From positions 64,001-128,000 of the forward strand of contig DXJO01000046.1 of the NCBI GenBank assembly GCA_019057475.1: a stretch of DNA of 64,000 bases, read 5' to 3'. Below the pieces are notes generated by a model. That model saw only the letters and a program-made list of their open reading frames with translations, did not search any database and was not told the DNA's origin. The position numbers and the translations under genes were made by a program. This DNA is from Candidatus Thorarchaeota archaeon (GTDB lineage Archaea > Asgardarchaeota > Thorarchaeia > Thorarchaeales > Thorarchaeaceae). Within the stretch, counting starts at the first letter, position 1. Each line of letters opens with the position of its first letter. Positions 1 to 10,215 of this stretch are shown in pieces.

Positions 1-786
1 ACAAGCTGGCTCAAACTCTGTCAATGATTCGAAGTTGCCCATCCCTTTGGCCACAATAAGCTCCGCTGACAAGAACCGCTGCTTGAACTCGTTAGAGCTG
101 CGTTCAAGGTTGACTCCAATGGCTGCGGCTCCTGTGTCGATAACTTCGTCCGCATATTTGGAGAGTTTTACCTCGTCCGCATCCATCACCGTGGCATCGT
201 TCAGGATTGGACCTCCCTTCACAACGGCAACCACTTTCGGTCCAACCTTCCTGATTTCATCTATCAGAATGATATCAAGAACAACCTCTCCTGCATTGTC
301 CATCAGGTAGAGGACTTCCTCTGCGTTCTCACATAACTCTTGGAACTCGTTTACTTGATCGATTACCAGATCAGTTTCAACATTCGAGATTATGTGTTTG
401 AGCTCATCAAGGCTGAAGTCCCGCCCTGATACATCAAACTCAATCGCATTTGCTGCTGCGGCAATCAAAGCGGCCATTCTGAATCTTGAGTGGGAATCTC
501 CTGCCTCCTCAACCAATGTTCTCAACTCAGGCAAAATCCCAAGGGCCATCTCATTCGACTCGTGCTTGAGCTCCTTGTAGGGATCTTTTCCGGTCATTCT
601 CTGAACTAGAAGGTCTCTGTCAGTTCCGATATTGGATGGTACTGACTCGCTTTTGAAATTCTCACCTAGGAACTTCAGCATCTCTGCCACGACCTGCATC
701 TGAAGTTCTGGATCATCCGTAGCAAGCTTGACTTGATTAATAGCTCTCTCAAGTAAGCAGTGTGCACATTCGAGCGTGACTTTCAT
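1..786 (-). CDS. DUF89/ARMT1-like damage-control metal-dependent phosphatase (3' end runs off the window)
   Basis: Manual translation from ATG at 786 gives MKVTLECAHCLL...DPYKELK...AANAIEF...YLMDNAGEVVLD...KGGPILNDAT...IVAKGMGNFESL, the DUF89 motifs. Absent from the ORF track because it is truncated. Confidence 0.9.
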   Translation of the reverse strand, partial: MKVTLECAHCLLERAINQVKLATDDPELQMQVVAEMLKFLGENFKSESVPSNIGTDRDLLVQRMTGKDPYKELKHESNEMALGILPELRTLVEEAGDSHSRFRMAALIAAAANAIEFDVSGRDFSLDELKHIISNVETDLVIDQVNEFQELCENAEEVLYLMDNAGEVVLDIILIDEIRKVGPKVVAVVKGGPILNDATVMDADEVKLSKYADEVIDTGAAAIGVNLERSSNEFKQRFLSAELIVAKGMGNFESLTEFEPAC

Positions 787-842
787 TGCAATCCCCGTTT
801 TCAGTCGCCCTGAGGGCACATGTATTAAATGACTGGAACCGG

Positions 843-1526
843 CTATTTCAGAAGCGGTTCAACAAGACCTCTAAGAACATCTCCTGGTTTATCTGACTTG
901 GCAACAGCGGAAGCAAGAAGAACACCTTGGGCACCGAGTCTGATTGATGCCACCACGTCATCACCAGTGCTGATTCCCGCTCCACATAAAATTGTAACAT
1001 TCTCATTTACAACTCGAATCTGATCTACGGTGCCGCTGATTACTTCGGGTTGTGCTTGTGTCACTGAGATCCCCGTGCCAATGAGCTCTGGGGGTTCGAC
1101 TGCGATTGCAGAAGGATTCAGCGCTGCCGCTGCAACACTCACTAGTGGATTGTTTGTGCAGACTATTGTGTAGAGGCCAAGAGTTTCAGCCTTGCGGATT
1201 ACATCTTCGATGTCCGCCAGCTGCATTCTCTTCTCCGAGTGATTGATTAGAGTGCCCGAGCATCCGGCCTCCACAAGGGTTTCACCAAGCACATGGCCTG
1301 TGTAACGCCCTGGGTCACCCGGATCAAGATGTTGAGAGAACACGGGAATATCAACAGCGAGGCTTACTCTATAGATGTCAGGTATTTGGGGAGCGACAAC
1401 CACAGAAACACCACTCTCTTTGGAAACCGTCTCGCACGTCTTCGCCAGAGCCACAGCTCTCTCGCCGGTGGCCTGCGGATATGTCTTAAAATTCACAGCA
1501 ACAACTGGTAGGTCGATCTTGACCAT
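843..1526 (-). CDS. tpiA: Triosephosphate isomerase, archaeal type
   Basis: VNFKTY, LINHSEKR, AVEPPELIGTG and CGAGIS motifs; 227 aa. Confidence 0.97.
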   Translation of the reverse strand: MVKIDLPVVAVNFKTYPQATGERAVALAKTCETVSKESGVSVVVAPQIPDIYRVSLAVDIPVFSQHLDPGDPGRYTGHVLGETLVEAGCSGTLINHSEKRMQLADIEDVIRKAETLGLYTIVCTNNPLVSVAAAALNPSAIAVEPPELIGTGISVTQAQPEVISGTVDQIRVVNENVTILCGAGISTGDDVVASIRLGAQGVLLASAVAKSDKPGDVLRGLVEPLLK

Positions 1527-1659
1527 AGTACTCTTCCTCCTGAGCTGCTAAGCTCGCGCCTTCAGCGGTGGAGGTCGAGGGTGTCACGTCTATTAAGCTT
1601 GCTACCTTGTCGGATTTCTCGGAAATAAGGGCGGGGGTTCATGCTCGGCGCGGGACCTG

Positions 1660-2202
1660 CTATCTGGTCATACCGATCAGGAGCTTGAGCAGAGGCACTC
1701 GGGCGTAGCCTCTCCGATTCAACCCATTGACGTCTTTTCGGAGCTCAATCTTGACGAACTTGCCAGCTTCGGGGTTCTTGTAGTGTTTCATATAGAAGCC
1801 CTGGAACTCCGTAAAAGTGGAAGCCCCAAGTAAGTCCCCTACAGCATCATTCCCAATACGAATGTAGACATCTTCATCTGGCACAGCACCTGTTCCGAAC
1901 TCCACCTCACCCTTGGCCTTCTTGGCAAACCAAAATCGCTCGCCCATTGCCATGAACTCAAGGAAGAACTCATCGGTGCCCTTGAGACCTGCTGAGATAT
2001 CAGGGTCATCAAACATGTACTTAAAACGGTCTGTCAATGATGTGTGGTAAGGAATTGTGCCCGCTTCGATTGGTGCATCTTCTGCTTCTTCCGCAGCCTC
2101 CTCTCCAGTTTCACCCTCGATTTCCTCAGGGGTCGGACTCTTAGCATTGGCGTCCTTCTCGTCGTCGTCCTTTTTTCTCCCAAAGATCCGTCTCATAACC
2201 AT
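1660..2202 (-). CDS. Hypothetical protein with acidic N-terminal region
   Basis: 180-aa ORF with natural composition, co-oriented with its neighbours; start may be 2196. Confidence 0.7.
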   Translation of the reverse strand: MVMRRIFGRKKDDDEKDANAKSPTPEEIEGETGEEAAEEAEDAPIEAGTIPYHTSLTDRFKYMFDDPDISAGLKGTDEFFLEFMAMGERFWFAKKAKGEVEFGTGAVPDEDVYIRIGNDAVGDLLGASTFTEFQGFYMKHYKNPEAGKFVKIELRKDVNGLNRRGYARVPLLKLLIGMTR

Positions 2203-2336
2203 TGTTGTTCTGGCTCCTTATTGTAATGAACATGCCAGAGGAACTGAACTTGCGTATCCAGGATATGTCCTGCGCTGGGCCCCACTGGTCATAGGTCCTT
2301 CTCGTTTCAGAACTAAAAAGCGTAGCTCGGAGGTAC

Positions 2337-2573
2337 TTATTGATTGGGTGTCTGATTCGGCGTCGGAACCTCAATGACACCATCCATCTTCTCAAGCAAT
2401 GCGACTAAAGGCAGAGTATTGGATTGTTTTCGATGGCCCCAAAGCTCATCCACCAGAAGGTCACGGATGGCGATTCGAATCACTTCGGAGCGGTTAGGGT
2501 ACATTAGCTTCTTGATGAGCTTGTCCATGCCCTCTACGTAGGATTCTGGTAAGCATATCGTTACTACTCTCAA
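2337..2573 (-). CDS. Ribbon-helix-helix (CopG/Arc/MetJ-type) transcriptional regulator
   Basis: RVVTICLPESYVEGMDKLI...YPNRSEVIRIAIRDLL is an RHH pattern. The likely start is TTG at 2573, not the track start at 2816. Confidence 0.85.
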   Translation of the reverse strand: MRVVTICLPESYVEGMDKLIKKLMYPNRSEVIRIAIRDLLVDELWGHRKQSNTLPLVALLEKMDGVIEVPTPNQTPNQ

Positions 2574-2839
2574 GTCACTTTGCACCGAACAGCTGTTGGA
2601 TGCAAATCTAAAGAAGGGGTGTCTGATACGGGTGTGTATTGGGATAATACTAAGTGGGAGTTTGGGACTGAAGAACAATCTCACCAAACTGCTCGCCGCG
2701 CTCCAGCACTTCGTGGGCCTCCTTGGCGTCCCCTTTGTGGCATCCAAAGAAGTAAAAGATAGCGAGCCAGATTCACAGAATAATGATTGGCCAGGTGTCG
2801 ACAGGAGTAGCACCAAATGGCCAGGGATAGGTCAGAACC

Positions 2840-3130
2840 ATGGGAAAAGGCAAAGCCAGGAAGGTCAAAGCCAGTCATATTCTGGTGGATAAGCACAGCA
2901 AGGCTGTCGAGATAATACGCAAGATTGCTGAAGGTGAGGACTTCGCGAAGATGGCACGGGAGCACAGCAGCTGCCCATCAAGAAAGAAAGGCGGAAACCT
3001 CGGATTCTTTAGCAAGGGTCAGATGGTAAGTGAGTTTGAGAAGGCAACCTTCACCCTAAGTGTGGGAGCAATGACCAGAAACCCTGTGAAGACCAAATTC
3101 GGTTATCACATAATAAAACGAACTGCATAG
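2840..3130 (+). CDS. Parvulin-type peptidyl-prolyl cis-trans isomerase
   Basis: ASHILV, SSCPSRKKGGNLGFF, GQMVSEFE, KTKFGYHII. Confidence 0.95.
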   Translation: MGKGKARKVKASHILVDKHSKAVEIIRKIAEGEDFAKMAREHSSCPSRKKGGNLGFFSKGQMVSEFEKATFTLSVGAMTRNPVKTKFGYHIIKRTA

Positions 3131-3209
3131 TTTGCAATGAATCATATAGCGGTGAAACTGAACCAGGACTGCTCTGTCCTGCTCTCGTTTCTGCCGGGTC
3201 AACTTCTAG

Positions 3210-4325
3210 CTACTTAGGTACTATTTCTTCAGCAGAGAATCGCCCTTTCAGTTTCTTCAGCACTGCCGGTAACGTTGTGTACTCCATGTCATTCTCATGC
3301 AGTCTGTGAGGCATGAATGGGCCATGTTGTCTGAGATAGTCAGCGGCTTCCATTGCTCTCTTCCGAGTGATATCAAAGGCAACATCTTCAAACATGTCAA
3401 CTGGTCCCAAGAGCATACCATTGCTCACCTGGAAGCCCAGTCCGATGACTCTTGGTGGACCATCGAATCTTGTGCATCGGGAGTCCTTGACGCCAACAGG
3501 CATGAGCGGACCGATATGCGAACCCCGCATCCAACCAGCCACAAGATGAGGTAGAGTGAATGCCTCTAGAATCTCGCCCATTGCTGGTAGTCCCGAATGT
3601 GCTCGGATTATGGCAACGGGATCATCTTTCCCTACATACTTGCCTGCGATATAGCAGAGTTTGTCAGTGCTAATAGCAGCTGTAACCATCCCGTCATGAC
3701 GGTACACTTTCTTGATAGTGTACTTGCTAGTGCTGCCAATAAGTGCTAGAAGGTCGTAAGACTCCTCAGGCGTCTTCAGCTCAACGAAGGGCTTGTCGTC
3801 TGCACGCACATCTTGGATAATGAACCTGAAACCATCATGTAGGTTTGGGTCAATAACCAAGCCGGCTGTGTTAAATGGATCCGCGTAAATCTTGTATATC
3901 GGGTAGTTGAATGCACCTGGCTCCGTCTTGTCCGCCATGAAGACTCCAATGGGCTCAGACTTGCGCTCCTCAAATGTCATCTCTGCTGAACCTGGACCCA
4001 TGCCCTTGACATTTCCACTGAAAGTATCAGAAAGAATGTCCTGTCCTGCGGCGTATATCTTCTTCTTGCGTCCCAACTCAGCACCCTTCACAAAGGTGTT
4101 CCAAGCGAGCTCATGGACCTCTGCATTGCCCTCACCCTTGTGGTGAGTCATTATTAACTCAAGGTCATCGCCCGCGTTTGTGACGTGGAAGTCGTTAATT
4201 ACACCCGTCTCAACGCCTTTCTTCATCTCTTTTCTCGCATGTTCAAGGATGAAATCTGGCACAATCATATGCCCAGCGAGTGATCCGATGTCCGCTTTTA
4301 TCACACTAATCGTCGTTTCTACCAT
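3210..4325 (-). CDS. fbp: Bifunctional fructose-1,6-bisphosphate aldolase/phosphatase (FBPase class V)
   Basis: KADIGSLAGH, GDDLELIMTH, YAAGQDIL, GKYVGKDDPV, GWMRGSH, RFDGPPRV. Confidence 0.97.
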   Translation of the reverse strand: MVETTISVIKADIGSLAGHMIVPDFILEHARKEMKKGVETGVINDFHVTNAGDDLELIMTHHKGEGNAEVHELAWNTFVKGAELGRKKKIYAAGQDILSDTFSGNVKGMGPGSAEMTFEERKSEPIGVFMADKTEPGAFNYPIYKIYADPFNTAGLVIDPNLHDGFRFIIQDVRADDKPFVELKTPEESYDLLALIGSTSKYTIKKVYRHDGMVTAAISTDKLCYIAGKYVGKDDPVAIIRAHSGLPAMGEILEAFTLPHLVAGWMRGSHIGPLMPVGVKDSRCTRFDGPPRVIGLGFQVSNGMLLGPVDMFEDVAFDITRKRAMEAADYLRQHGPFMPHRLHENDMEYTTLPAVLKKLKGRFSAEEIVPK

Positions 4326-4572
4326 TTGCGACGCACTCCATTTGTGTATATCTCGGAAGAGGCTCTGAACTCCGAGGGCTTTGTTTTAGATTTTTCGGAA
4401 TTTATCCGAAACTCGTGGCCTCGTAACAGGCACCCAGGTATTCTACACCCATATAACTATATCTCCATAGATGTGTTTGGTTTCAAAGAGAAACATCGCG
4501 GCCTGCTCAGTTTGTGGCATCCGAAACGGAAATAGGTAGCAGTATCATTATCATGTATTGGTTGTTCGTAAT

Positions 4573-5406
4573 ATGACAAGGAAGACTGTTTCTGCAAGGC
4601 GCCCTGAAACTCCGGACAGAAAGCAATACCATATTGAAACGGAGAAAGGGGATATCGCCAAGGCAGTGATATTGCCAGGTGATCCTCAACGGGTCGAGAA
4701 GATTAGCTCGCGATGGGATTCATTCCGACAAGTGGCATCACATAGACAATACCTGACTCACACAGGGATCTTCAAGGGAGTGCCAATCTCTGCATGCTCC
4801 ACAGGGATAGGAGGTCCTGGAGCCGCTATTGCTATCGAAGAGCTGGCTAATGTTGGAGCAAGGGATTTCATCAGAGTTGGTTCCTGCGCAACGTTGAAGG
4901 AAGATATCCAGATTGGCGATTTGATCATATCCACAGGCGCAGTCAGACTGGATGGGACAAGCAAGCAGTATGTACGACCTGAGTATCCTGCCGTGGCATC
5001 CTACGAAGTTGTTATGGCATTGGTTGAGGCTGCGGACTCGTTGGATCTGGACTATCATCTAGGGATTACCGCATCCACAGACTCGTTCTATCTTGGACAG
5101 TCAAGACCGGGATTCAACAACTATGTCCAGAGTTGGAGCACTACGTTGATTGACGACCTTCAGAAAGCGAATGTCGTGAATTTTGAAATGGAGGCATCCA
5201 CCCTATTCACGATTGCAGGCATATACGGGTTCAGGGCAGGAACAGTCTGCGCAGTATATGCTAACCGAGTGAAAGATGAGTTTGCGGTGAAAGGCGAAGA
5301 TGCAGCGATTGATTGCGGAAACGAAGCAATCCGTATTCTTGCAGAGATGGACGAAGAGAAGAAGAGTAACAGCAAGAAATACTGGATGAGAACCCTTCAC
5401 AAGTAA
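4573..5406 (+). CDS. udp: Uridine phosphorylase / nucleoside phosphorylase
   Basis: LPGDPQRV, STGIGGPG, IRVGSC, TDSFYLGQ, NFEMEAS; the track start is 4558. Confidence 0.9.
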   Translation: MTRKTVSARRPETPDRKQYHIETEKGDIAKAVILPGDPQRVEKISSRWDSFRQVASHRQYLTHTGIFKGVPISACSTGIGGPGAAIAIEELANVGARDFIRVGSCATLKEDIQIGDLIISTGAVRLDGTSKQYVRPEYPAVASYEVVMALVEAADSLDLDYHLGITASTDSFYLGQSRPGFNNYVQSWSTTLIDDLQKANVVNFEMEASTLFTIAGIYGFRAGTVCAVYANRVKDEFAVKGEDAAIDCGNEAIRILAEMDEEKKSNSKKYWMRTLHK

Positions 5407-5418
5407 AGGATGCTATGT

Positions 5419-7251
5419 TCACTTTCCTTTGCCAATGTAGTAGTAGTTGCCAGATGCCTTCTGTTGGTTGTCCAATTGAGACCCATCCTTGTTGACCCGC
5501 GGACGACCGGTCTGAGGGTCTCTACGGAAGGTGACCCCCATCTGCTTGAGGAATGCATTCATACCAATACGAAGCGTAGTAACTGACGATGCAACTCCCA
5601 ATTTCCCGGGCACTCCGTTAAACACAACCATGCTGTCGCTGAGATAGTCTGCCATGAGAAGGGAGTGCTCGACAACGAAAGCCGTCTTCATTCCAGTCTG
5701 CACAGTCCGACGAATCGCTCTAGAACTGGCAAGCCGTTGTTCTATATCAAGAAATGCAGAAGGTTCGTCAAACAGGTAAATATCAGCCTCGGTTGCAAGG
5801 CATCGCGCAATGGCTGCGCGTTGAAGCTCCCCTCCACTCAGGTCCGTGACTGAATGATCCATCAAGTGTTCAAGTTCAAGTTTCCTGATGACAGACGTGT
5901 TGAAGTCAGGTGAGTCCACCATGTCCCCACCAGATTCACGGAGATACATTCTGACCGAGCCATCATAGTCGTGGCTGATGTATTGAGGTTTGTAACTTAC
6001 TCTCAGCTCGAAGCCAGAAACTGTCTTTGTTGGCGCCACCCCTTCATCAGGTTCCAATTCACCCGCAAGCATTTTGACGAAAGTCGTTTTGCCAATTCCA
6101 TTGGGGCCAAGAATGCCCACTATCTGACCCTTGTACACGCGCCCGCCCCTGACCTTAAGTGAGAAATCCTCAAACTCCTTCTTCATATCGCCGTATTCTA
6201 ACAGGGATTCTGAGCCCCCCCATTTCTCATCCTGGCCGGTCATCCCTTTGAATGAAATTGAAGTATCGCGAAAGCGCATATTCTCGTCAGGAATGTAGCC
6301 ATCCAGGAAGATGTTCACGCCGACCCTTGTTCCGTGAGGATGAGAAACTATACCGTACGCGCCCGGCTTTCCATAGAAGACACAGACAAGATCTGAAACA
6401 TAATCCAAGATAGAAAGGTCATGCTCCACAACAACAACTGTCTTGCCTAACTCAGAGAGCTGACGAATAGCTCGGGCGACCCTGAGACGTTCCCGAACGT
6501 CGAGATATGCAGTTGGCTCATCAAAGAAGTAGATCTCGGCTTCGCGGACTATTGCGGCTGTAATCGCCACACGCTGAAGCTCACCACCGCTGAGATACTT
6601 GATGGGGCGGTCCCAGATCTCTTCCAGATTCATGCCTTGCTTCATTTCCTTCAGCCGGCCAGACGAATCTGCTGACTCAAGGAGTTCGCTTATTGGCTTG
6701 TCAGCAACTGCTTCCACTTTGGGAAGATCCGCAATCGTCTGCGGCTTGTGAACAGGTACAATCGTTCCTGCTTGCATCTTCTCGAAGAAGGGTTGGAGCT
6801 CTGAGCCTCGATACGCCCGAATGATCTCATCCCATTCTGGTGGATCATCATAGCGGCCTAGGTTCGGTTTGATTTCCCCTGCGAGAATTCGGAGAGCCGT
6901 GGTCTTGCCAACCCCGTTAGCACCTATAAGACCGAGAACTTTACCCTCCTTTGGAATGGGTAATCGAAATAGCTTGAAAGCATTCACGCCGTAGCGATGA
7001 CTGGTGTCAGCTTCCAGTTCCTCAGGAAGGTTGATGATTTTGATTACTGCGCCATGCTGGTTGTATGGGCATTTCTTGACGCACATCGCAGCTCCGGAAC
7101 AGAGCGACTCCACTATGACGGGTGGTTTGTTAGGCCCATCCGGGAATACGACTGTTTCACGACCTGCACGAACGCTGGGACAGAATCTCTGACACTCGTG
7201 CGTACAATCCTTAGCCCTGCAGACCTCCTTGTTGATGATTGCGATGCGCAT
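5419..7251 (-). CDS. rli: Ribosome recycling ATPase ABCE1 (Rli1)
   Basis: N-terminal FeS domain, two NBDs (GANGVGKTT, GPNGIGKTT, LSGGELQR twice), C-terminal TFRRDPQTGRPRVNK. Confidence 0.97.
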   Translation of the reverse strand: MRIAIINKEVCRAKDCTHECQRFCPSVRAGRETVVFPDGPNKPPVIVESLCSGAAMCVKKCPYNQHGAVIKIINLPEELEADTSHRYGVNAFKLFRLPIPKEGKVLGLIGANGVGKTTALRILAGEIKPNLGRYDDPPEWDEIIRAYRGSELQPFFEKMQAGTIVPVHKPQTIADLPKVEAVADKPISELLESADSSGRLKEMKQGMNLEEIWDRPIKYLSGGELQRVAITAAIVREAEIYFFDEPTAYLDVRERLRVARAIRQLSELGKTVVVVEHDLSILDYVSDLVCVFYGKPGAYGIVSHPHGTRVGVNIFLDGYIPDENMRFRDTSISFKGMTGQDEKWGGSESLLEYGDMKKEFEDFSLKVRGGRVYKGQIVGILGPNGIGKTTFVKMLAGELEPDEGVAPTKTVSGFELRVSYKPQYISHDYDGSVRMYLRESGGDMVDSPDFNTSVIRKLELEHLMDHSVTDLSGGELQRAAIARCLATEADIYLFDEPSAFLDIEQRLASSRAIRRTVQTGMKTAFVVEHSLLMADYLSDSMVVFNGVPGKLGVASSVTTLRIGMNAFLKQMGVTFRRDPQTGRPRVNKDGSQLDNQQKASGNYYYIGKGK

Positions 7252-7389
7252 GGGTTCTCACAACACGTAATCGAGAGCTGTCGAGGATGTCAGTTGGACA
7301 CTATTTAGCGCTTTGGCTCGAGCGAATAGAGAGGTCAATTAGGAAACCTTTTGTGGATAACAAGAGAGAAATGCTTGGTACGGATAGAT

Positions 7390-7632
7390 ATGAAAGCGCT
7401 TGAGCACTTAATGGCATTCTTCACTCGGAGAGGACTTCTCCTCGGGGCAATCAGCCAGCCGTCAGATCTTAAAACGCAGATCAACAGGGTTCACGCCGCA
7501 GCCTTTCTGAGAATTACAGGAAAACGCCTTCGCACAGTCAATATAGTGGCGTCTGATAAAACGGCAGAAACACTCGACAATCTCAGTGATGGCCTTTCTC
7601 CCTCAAGACGCCTTGCGAGAAGACGTATATAA
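7390..7632 (+). CDS. Possible small hypothetical protein
   Basis: ORF fills the gap between ABCE1 and the next gene; no motif recognised. Confidence 0.3.
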   Translation: MKALEHLMAFFTRRGLLLGAISQPSDLKTQINRVHAAAFLRITGKRLRTVNIVASDKTAETLDNLSDGLSPSRRLARRRI

Positions 7633-7787
7633 CACAGTTATTCATTTGATATCATGTCGGGATGATGAATAAGCAGGGATGGTGAACGTCGTCAGCGTGA
7701 TGACCCGCTAAACCGCAATCTGACCGCACTATGATACCTCGGGCTCAATTTGAAATCAAAGGAACTCGTAGTGGAGAATCATCTATC

Positions 7788-8204
7788 TTGGCACCTTTCA
7801 ACTGCAACCACAATGGTGCGTGTGATGAAGTCAGGCTATGCTGCATCGACACTGAGATGACACTCACTAGAGAAGATGCAGAGAGGATTGATACACTTGG
7901 CCACTCAAGAAAGGACTACCTGATCCGAGCACCTGATGGATTCTGTCAGCTTAGAAACGTCGAGGGGCATTGCTATTTTTATGACCCTCAGAGTAAGACA
8001 TGTGCAATCTACGAATCGCGCCCGGAGGGGTGCAGGTTCTATCCCATCATATATCATGCAGGGAAGCGCAAGTGTGTTGTGGACAAAGACTGTCCTTCAG
8101 GTGAAACTCTAACAAGACAGGAGATTCGAAAGGTATGCCACAGAGTGCGGGCGTTGGTCGAAAAACTCAGAATGGAGGCGTTACAAGGTGAGAGCCCGTG
8201 CTGA
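7788..8204 (+). CDS. YkgJ/UPF0153-family cysteine-cluster protein
   Basis: CC..TEMTLT..D..RI, C.F, CAIYESRPEGCRFYP; start uncertain (track start 7731). Confidence 0.85.
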   Translation: MAPFNCNHNGACDEVRLCCIDTEMTLTREDAERIDTLGHSRKDYLIRAPDGFCQLRNVEGHCYFYDPQSKTCAIYESRPEGCRFYPIIYHAGKRKCVVDKDCPSGETLTRQEIRKVCHRVRALVEKLRMEALQGESPC

Positions 8205-9060
8205 TCTCCATGCTCATTCGAACCTGTCTGATGGTGTCCACTCGCCATCGGGACTTCTCTCCATTGCATCAGACCTCAACCTTGGAGCCTTAGCACTCAC
8301 TGACCATGATACGATTGATGGGCTAGTTGAGTTCATGAATGCAGAAGTGCGGGGATGCCCTATCAGAATACCAGGAGTAGAGATTAGCACTGAGTACCAG
8401 GGTGTGGAGGCGCATCTGCTTGGATACTTTGTGCCCACGCGGGCTCCGAAACTGGTGAAGAGGCTGAAGGCGCTTGAGGAGTCCAGGCGCAAACGTTTCC
8501 CAAAGATGCTGAACCGTCTTGAATCTGAAGGCATCCGGCTATCTGATGATGACATTGATCAGATACTCCAGGGAGTTAAGGCTCCAGGCCGCCCACACAT
8601 GGCGAAGCTGCTGATACGGAGAGGATACGTGAAGGATATTGAAGAGGCGTTTCACAAGTACTTGGGGAAGGGTAAACCCGGATACGTAAGGAAAGAACAC
8701 GCTGACATAGGGGAAACAATCAGTCTTCTGAGATCTGAGGGAGCAGTCCCGGTGCTTGCGCATCCATTGACCATGCGACTCCCTGACTTACGTTCTACTC
8801 TCATTGAGCTAAGGGAACTGGGTCTCCTAGGCGTGGAGATCGAGTATGACTACCAACATCTTCGCCTCAATGTGAAGCCAGGTGAGGTCCAGGCAATGGC
8901 AGGAGGTCTGGGCTTGATAGAAACCGGAGGAAGCGACTATCATGGCGACGGAGCCCACAGAAACCTTGGCAGCGTTACAGTCCCAATTCATGTAGTGGAC
9001 AACCTGCAAAAAGCTCACGAGGAGCTGAGGAATATCTCTTCGGAAGCAATATCTGGGTGA
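8188..9060 (+). CDS. PHP-domain metal-dependent phosphoesterase (TrpH/YciV-like)
   Basis: DLHAHSNLSDG, ALTDHDT, GVEIS, GRPH, LAHP, GGSDYHG. Confidence 0.93.
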   Translation: MRARADLHAHSNLSDGVHSPSGLLSIASDLNLGALALTDHDTIDGLVEFMNAEVRGCPIRIPGVEISTEYQGVEAHLLGYFVPTRAPKLVKRLKALEESRRKRFPKMLNRLESEGIRLSDDDIDQILQGVKAPGRPHMAKLLIRRGYVKDIEEAFHKYLGKGKPGYVRKEHADIGETISLLRSEGAVPVLAHPLTMRLPDLRSTLIELRELGLLGVEIEYDYQHLRLNVKPGEVQAMAGGLGLIETGGSDYHGDGAHRNLGSVTVPIHVVDNLQKAHEELRNISSEAISG

Positions 9061-9129
9061 AATGCGAAGCCCTCGCTCGGGCGTATTTCTTTGCGAGTGA
9101 TTGGCGCGCCCATTCTTCGGTGAACGACC

Positions 9130-9624
9130 ATGAGCAGATTTGCTGTCGATGCAATGTTGGGAAAATTGACGTTGTGGCTTAGGCTTACAGGGCACGACAC
9201 TTTCTATAGAGCAGATGTCGACGACGATGAACTGCTAAGAGTCGCCAACTCGGAGAAACGGATTCTCCTAACTTCTGACGCTAATCTGCACCAGCATGCT
9301 GTGGAGAGCGATATCAGAGGTATGCTTGTGAGAGGTAATGTGGATGAAACTGTAGCGGATGTATTCATCAAATTCGGAATCTCTCCTACGATTGATCCCA
9401 CCAAATCCCGATGTTCCAAGTGCAACGGTGAATTGATTCAACTAGATAGTACAGAGAAGGAACGCGTAAGAAACCTCGTTCATCAGAAGACCTACGACTA
9501 CTATGATAAATTCTGGCTCTGCAAGGACTGTCAGAGCGTGTTCTTTCAAGGAGGGTACTGGCAGAATATTCTAAGATACATGGAGAGAATTGACGAGTTA
9601 ATGAAAGAACGAAGGGATCTATGA
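9130..9624 (+). CDS. Mut7-C RNase domain protein (PIN fold plus Zn ribbon)
   Basis: FAVDAMLGKL..WLRLTGHDT, RCSKCNG, CKDCQSVFFQG. Confidence 0.9.
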   Translation: MSRFAVDAMLGKLTLWLRLTGHDTFYRADVDDDELLRVANSEKRILLTSDANLHQHAVESDIRGMLVRGNVDETVADVFIKFGISPTIDPTKSRCSKCNGELIQLDSTEKERVRNLVHQKTYDYYDKFWLCKDCQSVFFQGGYWQNILRYMERIDELMKERRDL

Positions 9625-9641
9625 GATATAACTGGAAAATC

Positions 9642-10100
9642 CTACCGCTCTTTCACTGCGATATTATACTCAAAAGGTATACAATCCTTCATCGATCGCG
9701 TTAGAGGGCAGAACGTCCTTGCTAGCTCTACGCACCGTTCACCGAACTCAATCTCGCCATCAGCAACTACTACTTCTCCAGAAATCTGAAAACCTGTGAT
9801 TGAATAGCCATCACCGTCGAATTTCACAGTGACCTTCCCCTTAAGATCAATCGAAATGAGGTGCAAGTCAGAGCGCCGCTTGACATCGAGAAATGTATTG
9901 TTAAGACACCCAAGGACACCAGCGATGAATAGCCTGTAGGGGCATAATCCTTGACCTCTACCGCCATACGTTTCTGGAGTGTCAAAGACCAGTTCTGATT
10001 CCTTCAGTGCTGCAATGCCGCCGGTCTTCCCATCCCACTTGCTAGTGGCGATATATTCCATCTCTTCGGGATAACGGGCTTTCTTTCGCACAGTTGACAC
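9642..10100 (-). CDS. OsmC/Ohr-family protein
   Basis: DTPETYGG.G...P..L...LGC ... FCPL. Confidence 0.85.
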   Translation of the reverse strand: MSTVRKKARYPEEMEYIATSKWDGKTGGIAALKESELVFDTPETYGGRGQGLCPYRLFIAGVLGCLNNTFLDVKRRSDLHLISIDLKGKVTVKFDGDGYSITGFQISGEVVVADGEIEFGERCVELARTFCPLTRSMKDCIPFEYNIAVKER

Positions 10101-10215
10101 CTGAGTTCATCACGCGGTCGCGAGGTGATTAAGCCTTTCCCTAGGACAACTGGAGGGAGTTCAGTCAGGAAGTGATTTAAACGTGCTTTGCATAGGCCGC
10201 CCGGTTGTGTACCTA

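Noticed and set aside
2596-2892. 98-aa plus-strand ORF and the extension of the RHH ORF to 2816
   Set aside because: No motif, and the ORF overlaps the parvulin start; more likely divergent promoter DNA.
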